From Eledone cirrhosa (lineage: Eukaryota): 64,000 bases of DNA. Every line of letters starts with the position of its first letter. The stretch's first letter is position 1. The stretch is from positions 189,100,001-189,164,000 of the forward strand of contig OZ024743.1 in NCBI GenBank assembly GCA_964016885.1. Reading direction: 5' to 3'. Positions 13,299-25,775 of the stretch are shown here, piece after piece. A program made the position numbers and the translations under genes. Below the pieces are notes generated by a model. It had not been told where the DNA came from and ran no database searches. It saw nothing but the letters and a program-made list of their open reading frames with translations.

Positions 13299-13370
13299 TA
13301 GTAGTAGTAGTAAGGTGTTCGATGTTGTGATAATGGTTAGCAGCGATGTGTGTCAAATGGCTATTGAGAT

Positions 13371-13451
<81 letters not shown>

Positions 13452-13813
13452 GCAGAGTAATTCGTGGTGGCAGGGATGGTCAGTAAGAATGTGTCTGAAA
13501 GCAATGGGAGGTATTTTAGCATGTCAAAATATATTTTTCAGCTTTTGTCTTATACGGAGAAGTGCGTGTGTGTGTGTGTATATAAGTCTCTTTGTATGTT
13601 GATGTACGCGTGTGTATGTGTGTATGTATATATGTGTGTGGGGGGCGGGGACCAGTATTTTTTCCCCCTGGTAAAATGGTGTACATTATTCGATTTTTTC
13701 AGTAAAATCAGTTCTCTTAATAGAACATCAAAAATCTTAACAATAAAAGGTGTGAAATGATATTCACTATATATATATACACACATACATATTATATATA
13801 TATATAAATACAC

Positions 13814-13864
<51 letters not shown>

Positions 13865-13907
13865 AATACACATACATATATATATATAAATATATATATA
13901 TATATTA

Positions 13908-14905
13908 ATCATCATCATCATCATCATCATCACCGTTTTACGTCCGTTCTTCCACGCTAGCATGGGTTAGACGGGTTGTCCTGTTGTGGGCAGTGTCTGG
14001 TCGGCTGACCATGCCTTGCTCATACAGGAACTGATCTGGCTTGATTTCTACAGCTGGATGCCCTTCCTAACACCAACCTCATTTACAGTGAGTGCTGGGT
14101 GCTTTTTCGTGGCGCCTACACGTCCACTTTACAATGTGGGCTGGGTGCTTTTTTGCCGTGGCACCTCCACGACCACCTTGCGGTGGGGGGGGGGGCATAT
14201 TGTTTATATGCTTCAGCATGTACCCATGGGAGGTCGGGTACCCTGTATTACTGCGTGACGCCAGAAGTCACGGTCGTGTGTCATTGACTTTGAGAGGTGT
14301 AGTTGGGTAAGGTCGGCTTTTATCACCTCATCCCAAGTCATCTTGGGTCTCCCCACTCCGCGGTTTCCATCAACTTCTAGTGCTCTGCACCTTTTTATGC
14401 AGCTGTCATCCTTCATACGCATCACATGTCCATACCAGCGTAACCGCCTCTCCTGCACGCAGCATTTGATTCCTCTTATGCTCAGTCTCTCTCTCAATTC
14501 CTTTATGCTTTGTCGTTCACGTATATTACTGTTACACGTCCATCGGAGCATGCAGGCTTCGTTTCTCTCTAATCTACGTAAGTCTTCCACCTTCAGCGCC
14601 CAGGTCTCACTACCATGCAACATCGCTGTTCGGATACACGCATCATACAGTCTGCCTTTCATTCTGAGGGAGAAGCCTTTTGCAGCTAGCAGTGGTAGTA
14701 GTTCCCTAAACTTCTTCCATCCCGTTCTTACCCTAGTTATTGTACTTTCTGAGCACCCACCTCCGTTGCTAATTCGGTCACCCAGGTAGCAGAAGCTGTC
14801 TACTGTTTCTACAGGGCCCTCCCAGAGATTGGTGGTACTTGTTTCCTGTGGCTGTTTGCTTGCTGTTTCAGCACAGCTGCTGCATGTGAATCCTACATTC
14901 TTAAT
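13908..14905 (-). mobile_element. RTE-clade LINE 3' end
   Basis: ORF 14213-14662 KGRLYDACIRTAMLHGSETW...RRLRWYGHVMR...RGVGRPKMTW is a typical RTE C-terminus. (GAT)n tail seen as (CAT)n at 13908-13931. Confidence 0.9.
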
Positions 14906-14942
14906 TAAGCTTCCTGAGATCCCGCTACATCTCTTGTGTAGT

Positions 14943-15000
<58 letters not shown>

Positions 15001-15034
15001 TATATATATAAATATATATATATAAATATATATA

Positions 15035-15120
<86 letters not shown>

Positions 15121-15154
15121 TATATATATAAATATATATATATAAATATATATA

Positions 15155-15222
<68 letters not shown>

Positions 15223-15225
15223 TAT

Positions 15226-15656
15226 AGTTAAAAGAATAGAGGTGTAACACACAAGTTATTATATATTGGTAAACGGAATAGAAAATGCTGACAAATTGTT
15301 CACAGTTGAAAAATGGTTTAATTAGGAATAAAAGAGTATTAGTGATTGTATGGGTTAGTATTCAGTTGTGGTTTTAAGTTCTTAAGTTTTTACCGGTTGC
15401 GCATTTCTAAATGCTTTTCAAAAATAATTTCGAGATAGAGTGTCCGTGGTGTTTGCTCTGATCTGAGCAAACAGCACGGACACTCTATCTCAAAATTATT
15501 TTTGAAAAGCATTTAGAAATGCGCAACCGGTAAAAACTTAAAAACTTAAAACCACAACTGAATACCAACCCATACAATCACTAATACTCTTTTATTCCTA
15601 ATTAAACCATTTTTCAACTGTGAACAATTTGTCAGCATTTTCTATTCCGTTTACCA

Positions 15657-15660
<4 letters not shown>
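15226..15660. mobile_element. Fold-back (palindromic) element with unequal arms
   Basis: 15262-15458 is the reverse complement of 15465-15660; the left arm has ~35 extra nt; TA tracts on both sides. Confidence 0.85.
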
Positions 15661-15740
<80 letters not shown>

Positions 15741-16046
15741 GGGCACAAAACTTTAATGAAAATTTGTTCACGTGACAGCCATAATTTCATTTATAACCAA
15801 CCAAAAAAGCATTCGTGAACCTCCTTTTTTCAAGTAAAAAGAAATTCAAATACTCATATATGAAAAAACAACCTGTGACAACTATTGTAACGCGAACTGG
15901 CGCGAAATTTATTATAATTATTGACAAACCAATCAAATTACTTCTCGAAAAACCTGGCATTTCGAGCCACTTTATCCATATAAAACAAGTAACATTCAGA
16001 GACCAACCAGATGTGAGAAAAACCACAGACCCTCCATCTCAACTCA

Positions 16047-16084
16047 CCTTTTGAAAAGCAGAAGAACTGCGAAACCGGTAAAGG
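16047..16084 (+). ncRNA. Type I HHR variant with U3-A8 core
   Basis: CCTT-TTGAAAA-GCAG(AAGAA)CTGC-GAAA-CCGG-TA-AAGG. Other copies: 32070-32107(-), 32179-32216(+), 35614-35651(-), 35723-35760(+), 52687-52724(-), 52795-52832(+), 53603-53640(-, mutated), 54853-54890(+). Confidence 0.75.
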
Positions 16085-16563
16085 AACCAAATAAATATAT
16101 ATATTTTTTTAAAAAATAATACTCCAGTTGCATTTTCGATTTCATCTCTTTTTCTGTCTCTCTCTCTCTCTTTCTCTCCCCCTCTCTCTCTCTATATATA
16201 TATATAAATATATATATATATAAATATATAGATATATATTCAAAAAACAAACAGCGAAGGACGCGTTCCGCACTTGTCCGACAGACAACCTTTTCCCCCA
16301 CCCCGGAAAAACCCCCAGTTGATGGATGTGAATCCGAAATATATAGGGACTATTAAATTTCTCCCAAGGTAACTCTCTCTTGTGTTGTTATTTTTATTTC
16401 ATCCTTTATACTCTTCCCTTCATTCTACACATCTCACACATCTTATACACACCACGCATCTCAACGTACACCCACTTACATCTCTCTCTCCACCACCGGA
16501 CCTTGTTACCCGGAGATTTACCTATTTGCATTGTCGAGGCTTCCAAACGACTTAAAGATATAT

Positions 16564-16596
<33 letters not shown>

Positions 16597-16598
16597 AG

Positions 16599-16675
<77 letters not shown>

Positions 16676-16679
16676 GTAA

Positions 16680-16751
<72 letters not shown>

Positions 16752-16788
16752 ATATATAAAATCAAAAGAGGGTTGAAAGGGTTCCGTG

Positions 16789-16859
16789 TATTTTATTATG
16801 CGCATTTCAAAAACAAATATCATCATGCAATAACATTTGTGTTTTCATCAGATAAAATA
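16789..16859 (-). ncRNA. Type I HHR with long stem II
   Basis: TATTTTAT-CTGATGA-AAACACAAATGTTATT(GCAT)GATGATATTTGTTTTT-GAAA-TGCGCA-TA-ATAAAATA. 8-bp stem I, palindromic stem III ATGCGCAT. Confidence 0.88.
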
Positions 16860-17303
16860 AGAAGACATGATATGAAGGTTAAAAAACACTTGTGAATAGT
16901 GCAGTTTAAAATCAACATATGAAAAGTAGTTTTAGATTGATGTGTGATATTGGGAAACAAATATTAGTTGATGGGGGGGATGAAAAAGGGGAGGAGATGA
17001 GAGTAAAAAGTGGAGGGGGAGGAGTAGAATGAGGAAGGAGGAGATAGGAGGAGAGATGGGTGATAGAGAAAGAGAGATAGCTTTTATAACTGAGAAAAAT
17101 ATATTGTTTTACATAGAGAGGTTGAAAAACAGTTGGAAGATAATATATAAATTAAAAGATTTGAAAATTAACGAAGAGTAAAATAATGTTTAAAAAAAAT
17201 CTTTTTTTCCCAATATCACACATCAATCTAAAACTACTTTTCATATGTTGATTTTAAACTGCACTATTCACAAGTGTTTTTTAACCTTCATATCATGTCT
17301 TCC

Positions 17304-17374
17304 TATTTTATCTGATGAAAGCACAAATGCTATTGCATGATGATATTTATTTTTGAAATGCGCATAATAAAATA
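17304..17374 (+). ncRNA. Type I HHR (partner copy of 16789-16859)
   Basis: Same core, stem I and stem III; a few substitutions in stem II. Confidence 0.82.
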
Positions 17375-18810
17375 CATGGAATTCTTTTAACCCATCTTTT
17401 GATCTTATCTGTTAGAACACGAAAAGTGTGAAACACAGAATGTTCACTTTTCGTGTTCTAACATATATGCCTAGCTTCTTTAAAAATTTTTCGGGGATAG
17501 CCGTGGTGGTGGTGATCGTATGTCATTGGCTAATTTTCAACCAATCAGAGTACCTCTCTCTATATCTCTTCCACTGTTACTTACGCCTGTTTCTCTCTAT
17601 CTGTTCCGTCTCTATATATATCTCTTACTCTTTCGCTTTGCACTCCTCCCCTTCAATACCATCTCTCCCCCTCTCTATATATTTGTTACTCTATCGCTGC
17701 ACGCTCCTCTCCTTCAATATATCAATTACACACGCTTTACACTCCTTTATCCCCAGCGCCCCTATATATACACCCCCCTCTCCCGCATCTATATTTTAAT
17801 GTACCGTTGCACCGTGAATATATGTGTCTATATATATATACATATATATTGTATATACACATTCATGTATGTGTATACACATTCATGTATGTATATACAC
17901 TGGTTTTATGTGTGTATTGTAAATTTGTACTGTTAAAACACGAAACTAACATTCGATTGACACTTTGATTACCTGTACAGGCAATAGTTATTAGAATGCT
18001 GTTGAAGTGTGTATATATTTTGGGGGGACATCCTGTATATACACACATTATATATAATACAATAAACAGATAAATACACACATATATATATGAGCCTATT
18101 TAATTATAAATATTGTGAATTTTTAACTCAGTTCAATTATATATATAAATGGCTTCTACAGGACTAGAACTGTTTCATTCGAAAGAAATCATCATAATAT
18201 TGAGAGGGGGGACTAGATAAAATATTTCAAATCAAATGTGTATAAGTTATAAGTTAAAATGTATAAATAGAGACGATAGTGGAGGTATATCTGTTTAGTG
18301 GAACAGTAGACGATAGAATTAAATACAGACGAGAATCTCCCTTTAATGAAACAGCAGACGATAGAATTAAGGCAATTTAAATTTTAAGCATTTGCATTTT
18401 TGCCTTTCATCGTTACGGGGTCGATAAAATAAAGTACCAGTAATACACTGTCACTAGACGACTTTCAAATTGAATTGTTGGTTCCATTTCTTTAGTATTT
18501 TCAATTGTAGTTATCTACTTAAAAAGCGTTACACGGTTAGAGACATAATTCGTAAGTTATATCTTCCCTATTAAACCATTGCATTATTTCGCCTACAATA
18601 GAACAAAAATGAAATGTTCTTTAAAGAAACAGGAATATAACTTTATAAAAAAAAAAGTTGCATCCGCTTCTTTTATCATTGATAATTTTTTCGTTTTAAT
18701 ATTAATTGTTTTTTGTAGTTGTTTATATTAAAAATCTTACTGTAATATTTACTTAAACGAAGGCAAACATCTAAACTTATAGATTAATCTTGAGCGAAGG
18801 ACTAGATAAA

Positions 18811-18850
<40 letters not shown>

Positions 18851-19304
18851 GATAATTTAATATATCAACTAACATAAGCGCACAGATGCACGCCCATGCC
18901 AGCAAATACACAGGTTATGTCATAGTACCTAGGTGGTTCAATGCAGGAGAATGCAGAACAATAATATAAAGGACGTAAAATAAGAAAATATTTTTTTAAA
19001 AAAATTTAAAAAAAAATTCTTTTCTTACTTAAATTTTCACTCCAACTAATTAGTTTCTGCAATGGGATAAAGACAGTTACGTAATCCAACTGTCGAGAAT
19101 TCATTGCGTCATCAGGAAGTCTATTCTCAGTTAAGTCTCCAGGCAATGCGCGGACACTGGCGGCTCATATAAAAATAATAATAATTCGGTAGATCGAACA
19201 GCTTGCGAGGACTGGATTCTATGTACCGAAATTCTCACTGCTTCAAGTCAAATGGCCGATTCTAAAGAATCAATCACGTGACACAGAGGCTAGTTAGAAG
19301 GAAT
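18851..19304 (-). repeat. Inverted, permuted partial unit of the 559-bp array
   Basis: Reverse complement of array sequence; HHR at 19039-19120(-); starts at a TA tract. Confidence 0.92.
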
Positions 19305-22295
19305 GAGCCGCCAGTGTCCGCGCATTGCCTGGAGACTTAACTGAGAATAGACTTCCTGATGACGCAATGAATTCTCGACAGTTGGATTACGTAACTGTCT
19401 TTATCCCATTGCAGAAACTAATTAGTTGGAGTGAAAATTTAAGTAAGAAAAGAATTTTTTTTTTAAATTTTTTTTAAAAAAATATTTTCTTATTTTACGT
19501 CCTTTATATTATTGTTCTGCATTCTCCTGCATTGAACCACCTAGGTACTATGACATAACCTGTGTATTTGCTGGCATGGGCGTGCATCTGTGCGCTTATG
19601 TTAGTTGATATATTAAATTATCTATATTTATCTCCAAATCACTGATTTGTCGAGCAAACTTGTCAAAACCACTTCTAAAAAAATTTTTTTTGGGGTGTTA
19701 GTAGGCGTCAGTCATCTTACCATCCCATTCCTTCTAACTAGCCTCTGTGTCACGTGATTGATTCTTTAGAATCGGCCATTTGACTTGAAGCAGTGAGAAT
19801 TTCGGTACATAGAATCCAGTCCTCGCAAGCTGTTCGATCTACCGAATTATTATTATTTTTATATGAGCCGCCAGTGTCCGCGCATTGCCTGGAGACTTAA
19901 CTGAGAATAGACTTCCTGATGACGCAATGAATTCTCGACAGTTGGATTACGTAACTGTCTTTATCCCATTGCAGAAACTAATTAGTTGGAGTGAAAATTT
20001 AAGTAAGAAAAGAATTTTTTTTTAAATTTTTTTAAAAAAATATTTTCTTATTTTACGTCCTTTATATTATTGTTCTGCATTCTCCTGCATTGAACCACCT
20101 AGGTACTATGACATAACCTGTGTATTTGCTGGCATGGGCGTGCATCTGTGCGCTTATGTTAGTTGATATATTAAATTATCTATATTTATCTCCAAATCAC
20201 TGATTTGTCGAGCAAACTTGTCAAAACCACTTCTAAAAAAATTTTTTTTTGGGGTGTTAGTAGGCGTCAGTCATCTTACCATCCCATTCCTTCTAACTAG
20301 CCTCTGTGTCACGTGATTGATTCTTTAGAATCGGCCATTTGACTTGAAGCAGTGAGAATTTCGGTACATAGAATCCAGTCCTCGCAAGCTGTTCGATCTA
20401 CCGAATTATTATTATTTTTATATGAGCCGCCAGTGTCCGCGCATTGCCTGGAGACTTAACTGAGAATAGACTTCCTGATGACGCAATGAATTCTCGACAG
20501 TTGGATTACGTAACTGTCTTTATCCCATTGCAGAAACTAATTAGTTGGAGTGAAAATTTAAGTAAGAAAATAATTTTTTTTTAAATTTTTTTAAAAAAAT
20601 ATTTTCTTATTTTACGTCCTTTATATTATTGTTCTGCATTCTCCTGCATTGAACCACCTAGGTACTATGACATAACCTGTGTATTTGCTGGCATGGGCGT
20701 GCATCTGTGCGCTTATGTTAGTTGATATATTAAATTATCTATATTTATCTCCAAATCACTGATTTGTCGAGCAAACTTGTCAAAACCACTTCTAAAAAAA
20801 TTTTTTTTTGGGGTGTTAGTAGGCGTCAGTCATCTTACCATCCCATTCCTTCTAACTAGCCTCTGTGTCACGTGATTGATTCTTTAGAATCGGCCATTTG
20901 ACTTGAAGCAGTGAGAATTTCGGTACATAGAATCCAGTCCTCGCAAGCTGTTCGATCTACCGAATTATTATTATTTTTATATGAGCCGCCAGTGTCCGCG
21001 CATTGCCTGGAGACTTAACTGAGAATAGACTTCCTGATGACGCAATGAATTCTCGACAGTTGGATTACGTAACTGTCTTTATCCCATTGCAGAAACTAAT
21101 TAGTTGGAGTGAAAATTTAAGTAAGAAAAGAATTTTTTTTTAAATTTTTTAAAAAAAATATTTTCTTATTTTACGTCCTTTATATTATTGTTCTGCATTC
21201 TCCTGCATTGAACCACCTAGGTACTATGACATAACCTGTGTATTTGCTGGCATGGGCGTGCATCTGTGCGCTTATGTTAGTTGATATATTAAATTATCTA
21301 TATTTATCTCCAAATCACTGATTTGTCGAGCAAACTTGTCAAAACCACTTCTAAAAAAATTTTTTTTTGGGGTGTTAGTAGGCGTCAGTCATCTTACCAT
21401 CCCATTCCTTCTAACTAGCCTCTGTGTCACGTGATTGATTCTTTAGAATCGGCCATTTGACTTGAAGCAGTGAGAATTTCGGTACATAGAATCCAGTCCT
21501 CGCAAGCTGTTCGATCTACCGAATTATTATTATTTTTATATGAGCCGCCAGTGTCCGCGCATTGCCTGGAGACTTAACTGAGAATAGACTTCCTGATGAC
21601 GCAATGAATTCTCGACAGTTGGATTACGTAACTGTCTTTATCCCATTGCAGAAACTAATTAGTTGGAGTGAAAATTTAAGTAAGAAAAGAATTTTTTTTT
21701 AAATTTTTTTTAAAAAATATTTTCTTATTTTACGTCCTTTATATTATTGTTCTGCATTCTCCTGCATTGAACCACCTAGGTACTATGACATAACCTGTGT
21801 ATTTGCTGGCATGGGCGTGCATCTGTGCGCTTATGTTAGTTGATATATTAAATTATCTATATTTATCTCCAAATCACTGATTTGTCGAGCTAACTTGTCA
21901 AAACCACTTCTAAAAAAATTTTTTTTTGGGGTGTTAGTAGGCGTCAGTCATCTTACCATCCCATTCCTTCTAACTAGCCTCTGTGTCACGTGATTGATTC
22001 TTTAGAATCGGCCATTTGACTTGAAGCAGTGAGAATTTCGGTACATAGAATCCAGTCCTCGCAAGCTGTTCGATCTACCGAATTATTATTATTTTTATAT
22101 GAGCCGCCAGTGTCCGCGCATTGCCTGGAGACTTAACTGAGAATAGACTTCCTGATGACGCAATGAATTCTCGACAGTTGGATTACGTAACTGTCTTTAT
22201 CCCATTGCAGAAACTAATTAGTTGGAGTGAAAATTTAAGTAAGAAAAGAATTTTTTTTTTAATTTTTTTAAAAAAATATTTTCTTATTTTACGTC

Positions 22296-22300
<5 letters not shown>
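19303..22300 (+). repeat. Tandem array of near-identical 559-bp units (5 full + partial), retrozyme-like
   Basis: atgagccgccagtgtccg at 19303, 19863, 20422, 20981, 21540 and 22099; ends in a TA tract. Confidence 0.96.
19351..19432 (+). ncRNA. Type I HHR, one per 559-bp unit (also 19911, 20470, 21029, 21588, 22147)
   Basis: ACTTC-CTGATGA-C-GCAATG..GACAGTT(GGATTACGT)AACTGTC..CATTGC-A-GAAA-CTAATTAG-TT-GGAGT. Palindromic stem III, GUU triplet. Confidence 0.82.
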
Positions 22301-22333
<33 letters not shown>

Positions 22334-22709
22334 GAAGAATGATAAAATTTCAAGCAAAGAGTTTAATTAGGTATATTTTGTAATATTATTAACTAATTAT
22401 TATAATTAACGCGCATATTTTGCTATCCTCAAACACGTTTACACATGGCATGAAATATAACTAATCCGAGATGGCTAGGTTTCATCTTCTAACTGGATAA
22501 ACGAAATCCATTATGTCTTGACAACAACATGAGGTAACATTATGTTATTCACAGACACACTTTGTACACTGTTCCATATCAGAATGTATTTCCTTCGTCA
22601 CATTCACAAACAGTATTGAAAATATGTTCTTCGGCAAATAAAAATGTTTTGTTCATAATATTTCAACTAGCGATTGCTCTACTTCACGCACGACCACCAT
22701 AAATTAATG

Positions 22710-22900
22710 ACCAGCTCAACACAAGTATTGGTAGAGCGTCAGACACCATGCTTTGCAGTATTGTTATGGTCCTTTGCATTCTAAGTTCAAATCCTGCCGA
22801 GGTTAACTTCGACTTTCATACTTACTAATTCGATAAAATAAAGTACCAGTAATGGACTGCCGTAATGGATTTGTGCCGAAAAATAGAAACACTATTAATG
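22710..22900 (+). mobile_element. tRNA-derived SINE, decayed (fragment also at ~18395-18452)
   Basis: A-box-like TGGTAGAGCG, B-box GTTCAAATCC, then a ...ctttcat...tcgataaaataaagtaccagt central domain resembling the conserved Meta-type SINE domain (recall, not searched). Confidence 0.7.
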
Positions 22901-23448
22901 TGCAATAAGAGCAAAATATAACGACATTGCTCAATTATTTTATCTAATGTTGTAATAACACAAGGAAATGTTGTTTGTGTATTTTTTTTTATATTTGCTC
23001 ATAGGCTTTTACAATTTCGCTCAGCCAACAACTATTAAAAAGTGAGTTGCTTAAGATAACAATTTAATCACAAATTGTTGCTATCTTTTAATACACTCCA
23101 ACAAGTCATCAAATTATGTACAATAAAAACAAATCTTATTAATTTGCTCAGGGAATATAAAGAAAATGTATATACACTGATAATTGCAAATGTATGTAAA
23201 TATTTTGTTTTTGTATTGTATATTTTATGTTTTCTATTATGTATAATATATTGATTTAATATTGATTGTTTTTTGTAGTTGTTTATATTAAAAGTCTGAA
23301 AATATTTTTATACATCTTACACTAATATTTATAAGATAATTTATAATAACAATTACATAATCTAATTACATTACAACGATAATTTATTATTAATATATAT
23401 CCTGTTTAACTAGAGTTATTACAAGCGTTGCCTTAAAAAAATATTAAA

Positions 23449-24403
23449 CTAGACATGAAAAATGCGCAAGCTCAAAAGTGCCACAGAATGTTATAATAAA
23501 CCTTCAAAAGTGTGGGACTAGAGTTGTTGCTAAAAAATATTGTAATCATTATATATCGTACATTCTGTGGCATCCTTTATAAAAATAGCTTAAACCAACG
23601 AAGCCTTTATTTTTACGCTATTTCACTTAGTTAATTCTTAGAGTGTAACATATAAAAATAAATACATCTATGTTTAATGTAATAACAGCTATAAATAATT
23701 ACGTAATATTATTATCATATACTCATAGTAACAAAATAATTGTGTTGAAACTTAATATGATGCTTATATGAACGATCAAATCTATAATGATAATTTCTTA
23801 AATATACTAATAGTAAAATAATTTAGTTATCTATTGTTACATTTTCATAGAACTATAATATTAACAATCGTATTGCATTATCAAATTTTTATCACTACAA
23901 ACTTTCATATTGGAATTACCTTAAGCCACTTATTATTACTTCGCTTTCGTACTTTTACAGCTGTAGATATTGCGCTGTATCTTATATCTAATATCAATAT
24001 CTCGTGGTAATTTGCATGAAGTGTAAAATAGGTTTATTAATAACTTTAATATGAAATGTATTATACAGGGCTGCGGAGTCGGTCAAAAATTGACTCGCTC
24101 CAACTCAGGATCCGATACTCCATTATTTCCTAAATTTCAGCTCCGCAGCTCTGTTATTATATTAATTAATTTATTTTATAGTTGTAAATCATATTTTTAT
24201 ATGTTACACTCTAAGAATTAACTAAGTGAAATAGCGTAAAAATAAAGGCTTCGTTGGTTTAAGCTATTTTTATAAAGGATGCCACAGAATGTACGATATA
24301 TAATGATTACAATATTTTTTAGCAACAACTCTAGTCCCACACTTTTGAAGGTTTATTATAACATTCTGTGGCACTTTTGAGCTTGAGCATTTTTCATGTC
24401 TAG
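23449..24403. repeat. ~220-bp inverted repeat pair around a ~520-bp spacer
   Basis: ~23449-23660 is the reverse complement of ~24192-24403. Confidence 0.85.
24066..24153. mobile_element. hAT-like MITE
   Basis: TIRs CAGGGCTGCGGAG / CTCCGCAGCTCTG; flanks gtattata / ttattata (7/8 match, 8-bp TSD). Confidence 0.7.
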
Positions 24404-24506
24404 TATATTATGTATACTCCAGTCCTACAAACTGTAGAGTGCTTTTTATCCGATATCTGCATTGCTTTATTGTACTACGATAAAACTCACCTCCTACATA
24501 TATATA

Positions 24507-24552
<46 letters not shown>

Positions 24553-24566
24553 TATATATATATATC

Positions 24567-24685
24567 AGTCATATGTGGAGCGTGGAGAACAATAGCGTGC
24601 AAAGACAAAACCACGTAAATGGTATAGCAGAAGTCGTGTGGTTTTGTCTTTGCACGCTATTGTTCTCCACGCTCCACATATGACT
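24567..24685. repeat. ~47-bp perfect-arm hairpin at the start of a repeat beside a TA tract
   Basis: agtcatatgtggagcgtggag...aaaaccac / gtggttttg...ccacatatgact; followed by a degenerate ~135-bp tandem duplication. Confidence 0.85.
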
Positions 24686-25180
24686 TATTATCTTCGTTTT
24701 TTCGTTCATTGCCAGAGAACGTCTCTATGCACCACTTAGAGAACATTAGTCTACGACCTCTTTTATACCATAAACGTGGTTCTGTCCTTGCACGTAATTG
24801 TTTTTCACCGCTCCTATTAATGACGTATTATTCGTTTTTTCCCGTTCTTTGCCAGCGAACGTCACCATGAACCAAAGTATCGTCTTCCTGTCTTCCTCCG
24901 GTTGCAACGTTTTTTGAAATATCCAGTTCTGCGTTTACAGATTGACTTTGTTAGTTTCAGAAGATCCCGTTAAGGGTGAAAGCAGCGATTCTTTGCTTAA
25001 ACTTTAATCTGTTATTTTAATAAATATTTGCTCTACGGTTCTTATATATTTGATATATATTTTCCTTATCGAGCCCTCTCTGGATTTTAGTCTTCAATTT
25101 TATTATTATTACTATATATAAATATATATATATATATATAAATATATATATATAATTATATATTATATATTATATATATA

Positions 25181-25214
<34 letters not shown>

Positions 25215-25235
25215 AATATATATATAAATATATAG

Positions 25236-25650
25236 ATTTTGAGTATATGTTGGTTGTATACCAACACCTCAGTATGCAGGCTGGAGCACTCGACGAAGTT
25301 CGCAGGTTGGTTTGCTTACTCCGGAGTAATGTAATATAAAGTTAAATAAAAAGTCAAAAGTATAAAATTTAGCTTCGTTTATTACTGCTATATATATTTT
25401 AGTGACAGCCATCTTTGGCTGTGACCTCTTCAGGCAGTTTGAATTAGTATAGTATAGACAAGTACATATGTTGTTTAGGTGTATAATATTGTCAATACGC
25501 TGATATGCCCAGTTCCTGGTTGGGTTATGTACTTGTCTATACTATACTAATTCAAACTGCCTGAAGAGGTCACAGCCAAAGTTGGCTGTCACTGAAATAT
25601 ATATAGCAGTAATAAACGAAGCTAAATTTTAAACATTTTACTTTTTATAT
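25236..25650. mobile_element. Small fold-back HHR element (also 30408-30825 and 33952-34369)
   Basis: Inverted arms; left arm ~100 nt longer; TA flanks; no ORF. Confidence 0.85.
25556..25610 (+). ncRNA. Type I HHR (copies 30718-30772, 34262-34316; mutated minus copy 25384-25438)
   Basis: ACTGC-CTGAAGA-GGTCACAGCCA(loop)TGGCTGTCACT-GAAA-TATATA-TA-GCAGT; perfect 5-bp stem I. Confidence 0.9.
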
Positions 25651-25741
25651 ATAAAAATATATATATATCTATATAAATATAGATATATATATATATATAA
25701 ATATATATATATATAAATATATACATAAATATATATATATA

Positions 25742-25775
<34 letters not shown>

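Larger units (their letters stand above)
16760..17405. mobile_element. Inverted-repeat element with outward-facing HHRs
   Basis: ~16760-16955 is the reverse complement of ~17205-17403, with a purine-rich spacer. Confidence 0.8.

Noticed and set aside
18020-18038. Tc1/mariner-like TIR end (ggggacatcctgta)
   Set aside because: No matching second TIR was found.
19303-22300. 5S rRNA, snRNA or tRNA gene array
   Set aside because: No recognisable 5S, U-snRNA or cloverleaf sequence; GTTCGATCT is only a partial B-box. The HHR explains the CTGATGA that might suggest a C/D snoRNA.
24950-25000. HHR-like CAGAAGA-TCCC..GGGT-GAAA
   Set aside because: U4 is altered, there is no NUH triplet and no stem I; at best a dead remnant.
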